From NCBI RefSeq assembly GCF_009914755.1, contig NC_060925.1: DNA of 64,000 nt; one strand, 5' to 3'. Both the position numbers and the translations under genes were made by a program. The notes beneath the pieces were generated by a model, which was given only the letters and a program-made list of their open reading frames with translations, searched no databases and had not been told where the DNA came from. The DNA is from the human T2T-CHM13v2.0 reference genome, Homo sapiens. Of the stretch, positions 17,161 to 54,402 are shown in pieces (the stretch's first letter is position 1; every line of letters begins with the position of its first letter).

Positions 17161-18486
17161 GGGAATGCTTTTGGCTAGAAGCCAGGACAAATATTGGGAT
17201 CAACCCTTCTCCCTATTGTAGTTCTCCAAAGCATGCCAGAGATAGGACCCAGCAGTTTTCCTGTCTTCATGCGGAAAAATGGGGAGTTTGGGGGTAAAAG
17301 GGAAGATGTAATAGGGAAGTACAAGTAGCCATGTGGTCAAGTGAGGAAAACTAGGGACATAAACCAAAGGAAGCAAAAAAGGTAATTCTGTCTGAGAAGG
17401 TACTCAGTAACATGGAGGAACTGATGAAGATGAAAATTAACCCAAGAAAACCACCACATTAGCGGGGACCTCCATCAACACACAAAACCCCTGAGAATAA
17501 GAATGAGATAAAGAACCAACAATTGCTCAGTGAAGTCAGACACTCCCAAGCTCCACTACTTTTCCCGCCTCCCATTCCCCAACATAGAAAATCAAGACTG
17601 AAAATGAGTTAAATTCACAGTTCTCAAACTGTGCTAAGGTGCCCCAGGTACCCTTGCCACCTTATAGAGGTACTATAGGATATTTTAAATATTTGAGGGA
17701 AACATAGCAATACTCACTGTTTACCAGACACTACCTGAACTACCAGCTTGAGATGTTTCTCAATTTGAACATTAGATACTGTTTAATTCCTTTTAAGAAT
17801 GTCATATATTTGAAAAGCTGGGTTTTTGGCTGTTGCTCTCATATAAAACAAGTGCTTCCTGGAAAACCAGAGTGGAATAGGAAATAAGGTGGCATCAAGG
17901 GGTGCTAGAAAAAACTGCTGGGACAATAAAGCTACCAATAACTGAAAAAGTTTGGCAACTTCTGGGCTAGACAAAGAGGAGGGAATGAGAAAGGTACTTC
18001 TCAGATACGACCACACATACCTACACTCAGACACAGAAAAGATTAGAGTGTATTACATATTCCTGCAATCCTTTAGGTCAAGCCTGATATGAGGGGAGTG
18101 TAAGAAGAGACACCTTAATGGAGTTTGGACTTGACATCTCTAACCAACTGTACTGATAGCAACTGAAAGTGACTAGAAAATTATGACCTCTACCTGAGAT
18201 ATTGTCAAGGAAAGGATAAGGTAGATTTCATTGAGTACAACTAAAAGCAATTAAGTAGAGAGAAAATAAAATTCTGTCATGTAACTATTCCACTCAGTCA
18301 TGATACCTGAATTACAGTAGATAATGACCATTAAACTCTGCCTGATAGCCCCTGTAGTAATTCCTAACCGTAGGAGGCAGTGGTAAATATAAAAGTGAAT
18401 TCCTTCATGCATTCATTCATTGAATAGATATTTACAGAATGTGCACTATGTCTGGAACATTTTACTAAACATAAGAGTCACAGGGA

Positions 18487-18721
18487 GGATGTGACGGTCA
18501 TTTTGCATGACACCTGTCACCAACTGATCCCAACAGTTGATTTGGCTGATCTGGCTAACTAGCTGGGTTCCCCTTCCTTCCTAACTGCCCCATATATGTC
18601 TCTTCCAAAGCTGCCCACTCGGCTGAGGAGGATGACTTACCCCCATAAAGGAGGATGATTTTTCTGTAAGGGCATACGTGTAGCAGTGCTCCCTTGCTAG
18701 AAGCTCCAAACAAGTCTTCAA
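18487..18721 (+). pseudogene. 7SK RNA retropseudogene, 3'-truncated (RN7SKP family)
   Basis: Colinear with about the first 240 nt of 7SK: GGATGTGA...CTGTCACC...GTTGATTTGGCTGATCTGGCT...CCCCTTCC...GAGGAGGA...AAGGGCATACG...GCTAGAAGCTCCAAACAAG; many substitutions. Confidence 0.9.
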
Positions 18722-20020
18722 AGAACACACACAAAAAAGCCGCTGAAGGATAGTGTTTAAAATAGCATGACCACTCCAATCGGTTTATAACACTACCCTA
18801 TTTTTTCCAAAGCACTTATTATTCTCTGAAAAGAACTTTATTTACATATTTATTCTGTCTTGATTTTAGAAAGTAAGCATTGAGAGGGCAGGAATTGATT
18901 GTCTTCTTCTTCTTCCTTGCCTCAACTTCTCAACATCTGCATGTCCCATGACTCCATTATGGGCACAATTCTATCTATACCCTTTGTCATTCTTCAGATA
19001 TAAATACCATATAGGTTGATGCCATACCTCGTGGTAACCTTTCCCAAGAATGCCAAACACACACATTCAACTTCCTACTTGAAACAGGGATACTGAATAG
19101 ATACCTTAAACTTAATATATGTTCCTCTATTCCCAATGTCCCACTACAGTTTCTAACCTAGCTATACTTGGTCAATCTTCTCACATTCAGTAAATGGCAT
19201 CATCATCTACAGATGGATAATATCTAGCTTAAGCCAAAAATCCAGAATTTATCCTTGCTTACTATTCTTCATCTGCAAGTTCCTATCAACTACTTCTAAA
19301 ACGTATCTCAATTCCAGTTCCTTCTCTACATGTCCACTTTCACCAAACTATTATGGTAGTGTTTTTCTCCAGACTTCTACAGTAGTCCAACTGGTCTTTC
19401 TGCTTCTGTTTTTTGCATTGCAACCGGAGAAATTTTCATACCTAAACTTTGATTCTCTCCCCTCAACACACACCTACTTAAAGAATTTGTCAGTTTCTAA
19501 ATGTTCCTCAAATAAAAAGGGCTCCTAACAAATCTACAGCGTCTACGTGGTCTGGCTCTACCTATCTGATATTTTGGTGGGTGTGTGGGGAAGGTTCTTC
19601 TCATGTTTGTCTTCTAGTTTTCATTAATATCTGTCTCTCTCCTTTTCCCCAACCAATGCGGGATGACAGCAGATTGCTGGTATACTGCTTACTGCTGTAT
19701 CTCTAACATTTATTTAAGTGGCAAAAAGAACTGTAAGAGGAACTCTGGTTCTCCAGACTGTAGCAGCTACATCTAGCATAAAACCTCTCTTTAGAATCCT
19801 CAAGGCCCTCTCTGTATGGGGTGAGGGGTACATTCCTGACCCTCCGGGGATGATCCCTGCCTCACTCCATTCAGAATCTAGGCAGAACAGTGGATTAGAA
19901 TGTAGACCCCCAGTCAGAACACCAAGGGTCAAAACTTAGTTCTTCCACTTTCTAGCTGTGTGATTTAACCTCTTTGTACATCAGTGTCCTCAGCTGTAAA
20001 ATAGGGAGAAAAGTACCTAC

Positions 20021-20090
20021 ACCTACACACACACACACATACACACACACACACACACACACCCCTACACACACACACATACACACACAT
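20021..20090. repeat. Interrupted (CA)n microsatellite
   Basis: Runs of acac separated by ccct/cat. Confidence 0.9.
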
Positions 20091-20423
20091 GCAATAATTT
20101 ATTTATTAGGTTACCTCTCCCTAGAGGCTGCCATTTCTGCGAAATGAACCCTGGCAGGGGCCTATCCGTCTGCTAAATGCCTACTGATTCAAGAAAAAAG
20201 TCTGAACTCTCAACGTTTTGCCCCTTAAACTGAGTTCTCCTCCCTACAATGGTGTCTAATGAGTTGACAGAATAACTGGCTAGCTTTATATTTTACCATC
20301 TAAATACTGTAAGAACATACCCGGTATTTCCACACCCAAGTTCTCCTCCTTGCTATTCAGGCCAATTCACTTTCCCAAGGCCAGGGATTAAGAGCCGCAC
20401 GGTCAGCTCCAGATAGCGCTCGC

Positions 20424-20614
20424 CGCCGTGCGCCCCGCCCCGCCGTGCGCCCCGCCCCGCCGTGCGCCCCGCCCCGCCGTGCGCCCCGCCCCGCCGTGCG
20501 CCCCGCCCCGCCGTGCGCCCCGCCCCGCCGTGCGCCCCGCCCCGCCGTGCGCCCCGCCCCGCCGTGCGCCCCGCCCCGCCGTGCGCCCCGCCCCGCCGTG
20601 CGCCCCGCCCCGCC
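20424..20614. repeat. GC-rich minisatellite, 17-bp unit CGCCGTGCGCCCCGCCC x about 11.2
   Basis: GTG recurs exactly every 17 nt from 20428 to 20598 (11 perfect copies). Confidence 0.97.
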
Positions 20615-20860
20615 CTGTGACGGTCCCAGCCCGCACATGCGCAGTCGTGAGTCCTCTTGTCCTTGAGCGTCAACCTTCTTTCCCTGAAGTGGCTGGGGTT
20701 CCTGTTTCCTTCTTTGATTGACAACTTGTGTTAACCCTCGCACATCTCTGGGCCAATTTTTGCTTGTAAGTCTTTCCGGAGACCCCTGGAATTTAAATCA
20801 TTAGCACCGCGCCCTTCCCCGAAGAGTCTTCGAAGGGTTGCCGCTTTTCGGTGGCGCAGT

Positions 20861-20870
20861 TCTCGCGAGA
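20861..20870. promoter_or_regulatory. Palindromic CGCG element TCTCGCGAGA (BANP / ZBTB33-type motif)
   Basis: Exact 10-bp palindrome inside the CpG island. Confidence 0.75.
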
Positions 20871-21012
20871 AGGTGACTTTCTTTCTCGGTATTTCCTGGT
20901 TTCCAGAATCCTTAGCGCGAGGCGGAAAAAATATTTCTCCCAGCTTGTGTTGATGCCGCGATTTTGACTGAGACTTCTTCCCACGATTTCTGTTTTTGCT
21001 TCTCCAAGGAAA

Positions 21013-46722
<25,710 letters not shown>

Positions 46723-47422
46723 AAATTAATAAAGGTAAGTGTGAATAAAACATAATAAAAAGACAAGACTAATTCTTGAGATAAAATTAAGAATAAAAGT
46801 TTGACAAGGTAGTAATTCAGGTATCTCTTTTTTTTTTTTTTTGAGGAAATACCTATCTGTGCAGTTAAGTCCCATTAAACGTCAAAACTATAACTACAGA
46901 TTAAAACCCATTTATATGTGAAAATTAAGTTTGGAGAATGAATCTTATAAGGGGAGTGTGCCTGTTACTCTTTTTTTAACTTTTTCTGCCTATAGTAAAG
47001 CAATGGTTCTTAAACCCTAATATGTATCATATCACTTGGAGAGCCTAATAAAACACAGATTCGTAGGTTCCTTCCTTCCCTGAAAGAGTTGATTTGGTAG
47101 GTCTGATGTGGGGACCTAGGGAAACTGTTTATACCAGTTTTCCTTTTAATGAGGGGATTTCCAGGATGCTGGACATTTAGTGCTGAAATGGGGAATGTGT
47201 CTGGTAAGCCAAGACAGGTCGGTCACCCTTGTTGGCACCTGAAAATTTGCGAGATTAATGAGGTTTCAGGTAATGATGAGGCATCTTATCCAGAGACCAC
47301 AGCTTGAAAACTCCTGGAATAAACACTTACAGATACATTTTCTAACTCTTAAAATTAACCTAAAGTAAATGTTAAAATAAAAGTTAAAAAAAAAAAGTCA
47401 AACTGTCATTAAAAATAATTCT

Positions 47423-47722
<300 letters not shown>

Positions 47723-48260
47723 CTACAGTGCTGAGTATATAAAATTATTAACACATTTCACAACAATATGTGTTTGTGGAGTTAAATATTTTTTGTCTTT
47801 AAAACAGGTAATTTTAGTGCATACTTAATTTGATGATTAAATATGGTAGAATTAAGCATTTTAAATGTTAATGTTTGTTACATTGTTCAAGAAATAAGTA
47901 GAAATATATTCCTTTGTTTTTTATTTAAATTTTTGTTCCTCTGTAAACTAAAAGAACACGAAGTAATTGGTCACAATTACTGGTGTTTAACTGCCAAATA
48001 TGGGTAAATAAGGGAAAATTTTGTTTAATATTTAGTCCTTCTGAGATGGCTTGAATATTTGAATTTTGTTGTACGTCTATACTGGGTAGTCACAAGTCTT
48101 ATAAACACTTTAGAGGAAAGATGGATTTCAGTCTGTATTTTTAAACATCATTTATTTTAAATCTGGTGCTGAAAAATAAGAAAAAAATTAAACTGCATTC
48201 TGCTGTTCTTCTTTAGAAGCATTCCTGCGTAAATACTGCTGTAATACTGTCATGCAAAGT

Positions 48261-48284
48261 GTATCCTTTCTTGTCGTATCCTTT
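48261..48284 (+). promoter_or_regulatory. USSE (U11 snRNP-binding splicing enhancer): tandem U12-type 5' splice-site motifs
   Basis: GTATCCTTT-cttgtc-GTATCCTTT with a 15-nt period, 44 nt downstream of the acceptor ttctgctgttcttctttag|48217; a known element in RNPC3 and SNRNP48. Confidence 0.93.
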
Positions 48285-49018
48285 TTGGGGCAGTGTTTTT
48301 TTGTTTTTTTCCTAGAAATGTTTGTCCTTCCCCCACCTGTTGATCCAGGTTAAGGAATACTTTTTTACACTTTATTCAAATGAAATATTTCTAAAATTAT
48401 TTGTATAGACTGAACAGATCTTTTATGTGTTTTTAGATTTGTTGTTGAATTTTCTGTGCTGTCCTTTATATAATTTTTTGAGGGAAAGTTAGTGAATCAG
48501 GTCAACTTACTTAGAGAATGTGTTCATTTACTTTAACCCAGAATACAGTCTTGTTTCTTCTATTTGTATGTTTCCTAAACCTAATTCAATAACATATGCT
48601 TTCTGTTGTGTAATATATCTGGTTTAGGTATTTATAATGTGTTTAAAATTTGGGCAAAGGAAATGTTTTTCTTTTAAAAAGTACTTACATTGAAAATTAA
48701 GATGTCTGGATTACTATGTAAATTCTAGAGAGTAGCAGACCTCTCATCTGAAGTCTTAGTGAATCTCTTTTGACATAGATAGCAATAGAAGTATCTTTCT
48801 TCTTTCCCCTTTCTTTTTCTAAACAAGAGAAGAAAAGCGTAATAGAGGGGAGAACACATAATGCCCACTAAGGGTAGTGCATTAAGGAAAAACAGTCTTG
48901 GCAGGTATATAGGAATAGTGGTTTCCAGACTGGTTGATGACCGTAATCACCAAGAACAGTGGTTCTCAGTCTTGGCTGCACATTGCAGTGATCTGGAACT
49001 TAAATACTAATTTTAAAA

Positions 49019-49449
<431 letters not shown>

Positions 49450-49976
49450 TTATGCATAAAGATTCCTGTACTCTACCCTAGAACTAATACATCTGAATCT
49501 CTGGGAATGGAGTATAACAATCAGATTTGAAAAGGTTTCTTTAGTAATTTTAAGGACTGACCAGTTTAGACACTGCTTTGTTAGAGTAAAATGATTAGGT
49601 ACCTAGTATCAACCTAGCCATCCAACCTTATATTAATAACTAGGAAAATAAAGGGTTGGAGCCTCTGTGTTTCTTTGTTGAAAAATCTGCTACTATTATT
49701 AGATCTGTGAAAACAATTGAAAATTCGGTTATTATCACCTTAAAAGTACAAAACCTATAGATTTTGAAAATGTAATTATTTTTCTGTAGGCATAGTTAAA
49801 AAGATTTTGTAAATGTTATAAATCAGTTTCTTTATAAGCGGTTTATTTAGATAAATTTTGTTATACTGACATGATTCACTAATTTTCTAAATATAAATGG
49901 TTCAGCTCTTAGTTATTTTTAAACTAATGACCTGTGTTATACTTCCTATTTTTAATGGGCTTTTATGATGTTTTAG

Positions 49977-50190
49977 GTTTTTTTGAATCCCGTGTCCTTC
50001 AAGTGCTTTCTAACTTTGAGAGGAAGAAATTGACCACCTGGACTATGGAACTGTGCGTAACAGCTTTGAAAGTGTATTTAAAAATTAAATCTATATGCCT
50101 TTAAATCAGTGAATTGGAAACATATTACATGTATTTTAATGATTTTCCTCAAATATAATAAATTGTTTCCTTTCCAATAAAATAGTGTTT
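49977..50190 (+). other. RNPC3: RNPC3 short 3'UTR terminal exon 15
   Basis: Branch-like ACTAAT at about 49923, acceptor gttttag|49977, two AATAAA followed by GU/U-rich sequence; 3' end approximate. Confidence 0.8.
50157..50181 (+). terminator. Tandem polyadenylation signals AATAAA (50157-50162 and 50176-50181)
   Basis: Two hexamers followed by gtgtttgtatttttt (GU/U-rich downstream element). Confidence 0.8.
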
Positions 50191-51504
50191 GTATTTTTTC
50201 TTTATCTGGTTTAACACATCTAGGAAAACATAATATTATAAAAAATATATATAATTTGTAATATAATTTTTTTATGATTACAAATACTGCCTTTTAAAAA
50301 TTCTTACCTGGATACCAAAGCACTTTCACATTTTTTTTATTGTAATCTTGTTTTTTGTAATTATTTTATATTTGTCTGGCTTTGAGTTTTACTGGGCTTT
50401 TGGTTTTTTGGAAATGGGGGTTTATCCCAATTTAGAAATTTGTATCCTTGCTGTAATACAGTCTTCCATTTTTGTTCCCCCAAATCTTTCATCTGTCAGA
50501 ACGTCACTCAAAGGTGAAAATATTTCCCACATAAAATTATTCTGTTCCTTTAATGAAATGAGTTTCAGCTGTATATACGTAGGAAAACATTCTTTTTTGT
50601 CAACTTGACGTTGACAAACTTGGTGGATGTCAGGAGTAAGGGTATTCAAGAGAATTTTGAAGAAGAATTTAATATAGTGAGTATCGAAGACAACTCTTAA
50701 AGAGTCTTGCGTTCAAGGGGTTGTGAGAAATGGGTTGTTAATGGAGGGCAATGTAGTATCAAAAAGCTGTTTAAGATTGATGATATAGCAGGTTTGTATG
50801 CTAATCAGACTGATTCAGTAGAGAGAAAAAACATAATGCCGGAAAGAGAGGGATATTGCTGAAGCCATAGACCTGGTATACAAATAGAAGGGTTCGTTTT
50901 AAAGATAGGCACACAAACAGCTCATTAGTAACGGTAGGATGAAGGGCAGATTATGGAGTTCTAGATGTCGGTAGTTCAGTAAATAGGAGCATGTCAAATT
51001 TTTGTTATATTTTCTCAGAGAAATAGGAAACAAGGTCATAAAGAGGGAGGAAGTCATGAAGGATTAAGGAAGGAAAAGGAGATGTAAAATGGGTATCCAG
51101 GAATGTAGGAAAGTAAACATACTCTTAGGCAATCTGTGGTTTATTTAAGTGGTATCAGTCAATGTGGTTTTGTGTTTTTCTCCAGTTGAGTTCAGCATAG
51201 GTGCTATCACTGAAAAAGTACAGAATTCAATTTAACTAAAGTTGAGATTTCCCTAGGTGAATAAGACAGTGATGAGATGTTGTTACATTTAAGAGAAAGA
51301 TAATAAAAGAGAGATATGGAAAGTAATCTGGGTTAAGGAGTGAAGTGAGAAAATAAAGAAGGTTGAGACAGTGGAAAATGGTATCATCAATTGTAGATTG
51401 CAGTGTGGTTGAAGATGCATTGGAGTTCTTGAGGTACAAACTAGAAATTTGGGAGATTTAAATAAGAGTGGGGTGGCTGAAATTGAAATTAGAGTATAAT
51501 AATA

Positions 51505-51591
51505 TATAATAGTACTAAGTATAGTATACTAAGTATAGTATAATAGTACTAAGTATAGTATACTAAGTATAGTATAATAGTACTAAGTATA
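51505..51591. repeat. AT-rich 34-bp tandem repeat, about 2.5 copies
   Basis: TATAATAGTACTAAGTATAGTATACTAAGTATAG at 51505 and 51539, partial copy at 51573. Confidence 0.9.
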
Positions 51592-52080
51592 TAGTACTTA
51601 GTGATTATAAGTTTTAGGATGTGAGGATGGGAGTAGCATAGAGGCAAGGTGATGGAAGGAGATGAATTCAAGAAATTGGGAACCTAGGAGATTGAAAGCA
51701 TTATCTAAATGAATTTTGAAATCTCAACAAGAACTGTGCTGAGTGCTTTTTGTAATTATTTTATCTTTACTACCCTGTGAGAAGACAGCACTTCCTTTTG
51801 TGAGTAATGGAAAGCTCTTTAATGTGTCAACTGTAAGATACTTTATTACATTTAATTATCTTTAGTAATTCATGCTAACAAATAATGACCTCAGTAGGAT
51901 TATTCAGTAGATATGTGAGCTAACCCCCTGTGTCAGACACCTAAGAGATACAACTGATGATTTTCAAGAAGAATAGAGTTCTCATCCCAAGTACTTAAGC
52001 TGCAAAATGTCCCACCCTATATTTTCTGAAAACAAACGGTATATAGAGCGTCCATTTAAAAGCTAATAGGAAATCTTAAA

Positions 52081-52114
<34 letters not shown>

Positions 52115-52138
52115 ATACATACATACATACATACACAC
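52081..52138. repeat. Compound (GC)n(AC)n(ATAC)n microsatellite
   Basis: Continuous purine-pyrimidine alternation. Confidence 0.92.
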
Positions 52139-52311
52139 AAAACATTGAATAAGCATCAGGAAATATATACCCTGTACCCAACATGCACAAGGTCTAAGCA
52201 ATGAAGAAAAAGCCAGGATATCAAGTAAGACTGGAACATCTGTGACTAATATATAAAGACTTGAGGTGGTTGTATCTATTTAAAAGGTTATCAATTAGAA
52301 ATTAAGAAAGA

Positions 52312-52601
52312 GGCCAGGTGCAGTGGCTCACGGCTGTAATCCCAGCACTTTGGGAGGCCAACGCAGGTGGATCAACGTGAGGTCAGGATTTTGAGACCAG
52401 CCTGGCCAACACGATGAGACCTCGTCTCTACTAAAAATACAAAAAAAATTGCTGGGCATGGTGGCTCATGCCTGTGGTCCCAGCTACTCGGGAGGCTGAG
52501 GCAGGAGAATCATTTGAACCCGAAGGTGGAGGTTGCAGTGAGCCGAGATTGGGCCACTGCACTCCAGCTTCAGTGATGGAGTTAGATTAAAAAAAAAAAA
52601 A
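52312..52601 (+). mobile_element. AluS
   Basis: GGCCAGGTGCAGTGGCTC... dimer with A tail. Confidence 0.92.
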
Positions 52602-53559
52602 GTATTTTACATAAGAAATTTTAATTTTTTGTAAATTATAAAATAGCACTTAATATGGTATTTGTATACCGTGATCTTTGAATATCCAAAATTTAAGAAG
52701 ATGTGAGCAGTTTTATGAAACTTTTCAAAGCTTAGAAAAAGGTAACTACATAAAATTCCATTATATGTTATTTATGGGAACATTAGATGAAGTAAGTCAT
52801 AAAAACATGCATAGAAATGATCATACAAACTTGGAAGAAATTGAATGTCTTGCTATCGAAGGAAAGGATGGAGGTGAGAAGCTCTATATATTGTATTTTT
52901 CTTTATATATTTAAACTCGCATTTCTTATTTTTCAAATGTTCACTCCAATGAAAATTCTTTTATTTTTCCTGTTAGTTTTTATTTCTGATCTCATATATG
53001 CAATATACTATTGTTCATAAATATTAGTGATCCGCCCTGCAAATGAAATACTCCCATCCTGTTGAATTTGGGAATGTCCATGTGATTTGTTTTGGCTGTG
53101 AAATGTGAGCAGAAAGATTGTTTTACTTTGGGGAGTTCCCGATTGCTAAAGCATGTGTCAAAATGAAGTTTTTGTGACATTACAAAGGGACTAATAAGAG
53201 TGCCTTTGTTGATCCTAGTTGAACATGAGAAACTTGGTTATTGTAAGCCACTGAAAAATTTTAGTTTCTTTTATTACTGCAGAATAACCTATTCTGTCCT
53301 GATTGATACAGCCACAACATTTCCTTAAGCTCTTTGATTTTCATATTTCCATTAGGATGTAGAAAGTCAAGAGAAGAATAAATCATAGGATCAGAGAATA
53401 TTAACAGTGAAAGAGACTATTGGAATGAACTTGTTCAATGGTCCAGACTTTGGGTTCTAAATAATCAGTAATATTTCAAAAAAAAGTATTAAAAGATATT
53501 TCAGTATAAAAAATGATGACATTTAACTTTGTAAACAACAACAACAAAAACCTACCATT

Positions 53560-53722
53560 GCTGGGCATAATTAGTCATGCTTGTAATCCCAACAACTTGG
53601 GAGGCTGAGGAGGGAGGACCACTTAAGCTCAGGAATTTGAGGCTGCAGTGAACCGTGATTGCATCTCTGCACTCCAGCCTGGGTGACATAGGGAGACCCC
53701 AACTGAAAAAAAAAAAAAAAAA
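53560..53722 (+). mobile_element. Alu monomer (FRAM/AluJ right arm)
   Basis: Single Alu arm with A tail. Confidence 0.8.
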
Positions 53723-53821
53723 GCTGTCATTAATACATTTTTCCTCTGTCTCTCTTCCCATCCTCCTTACCACTTAGTCTTTAATCTTATTAAACAAGAT
53801 CTAAGGATAAGACAAGAGAAA

Positions 53822-54068
53822 GGATGGTTGCATCTATACTGAACATGTATTGAGTTTTTTTCGTCATTATTTTGTAAACAACATAATATAACAAGTTTTG
53901 ACATGGCATTTACGTTGCATTAGTTATTATAAGTAATCTGAGATGATGTAAAAGTTACATGCAAATACTACATTGTATATAAAAGACTCGAGCAGTTGTT
54001 GCTTTAAGTATCCATGGTGGGTCCTGGAACCAATTCCTCATGGATATGGAGGGACGAGGAACCACTGT
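53822..54068 (-). mobile_element. MER2-like Tigger element
   Basis: gtcctggaaccaattcc.catggatatggagggacga terminal motif; reverse complement of the copy at 60094. Confidence 0.7.
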
Positions 54069-54118
54069 AGTTAAACAAATAATCACTTTAAAACTTAAAA
54101 CCTTTTGCATGGTGAATA

Positions 54119-54402
54119 CAGTCGTGCACCGCATATATGATGGTGGTCCAGTTAAGTTTATTATGCCATATTTTTATCGGAAGTTTCCTATGTTTAAATA
54201 TATTTAGGTACACAAGTACACTGTGTTACAGTTGCCTATAATATTCAGTACAATAACATGCCTTACAGGTTTGTAGCCTAGGAGGAATAGGCTATGCCAT
54301 CTACGTTTATGGAAGTCCATTCTATGACATTTGCACAGTGGCTTAATTACCTAAGGGCTTTCTCTTCAGAACATACTCCTGTCATTAAGCAATGCATGAC
54401 TG
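54119..54402. mobile_element. Tigger3a/MER7A-like element
   Basis: TA-cagtcgtgcaccgcata...taagcaatgcatgactg-TA terminal inverted repeats. Confidence 0.78.

Noticed and set aside
20424-20614. CRISPR-like array
   Set aside because: Head-to-tail identical units with no unique spacers, in eukaryotic DNA.
20353-20743. Repetitive Arg/Gly/Ala- and Pro-rich ORFs on both strands
   Set aside because: Artefact of the stop-free 17-bp GC repeat; no evidence of coding function or repeat-associated translation.
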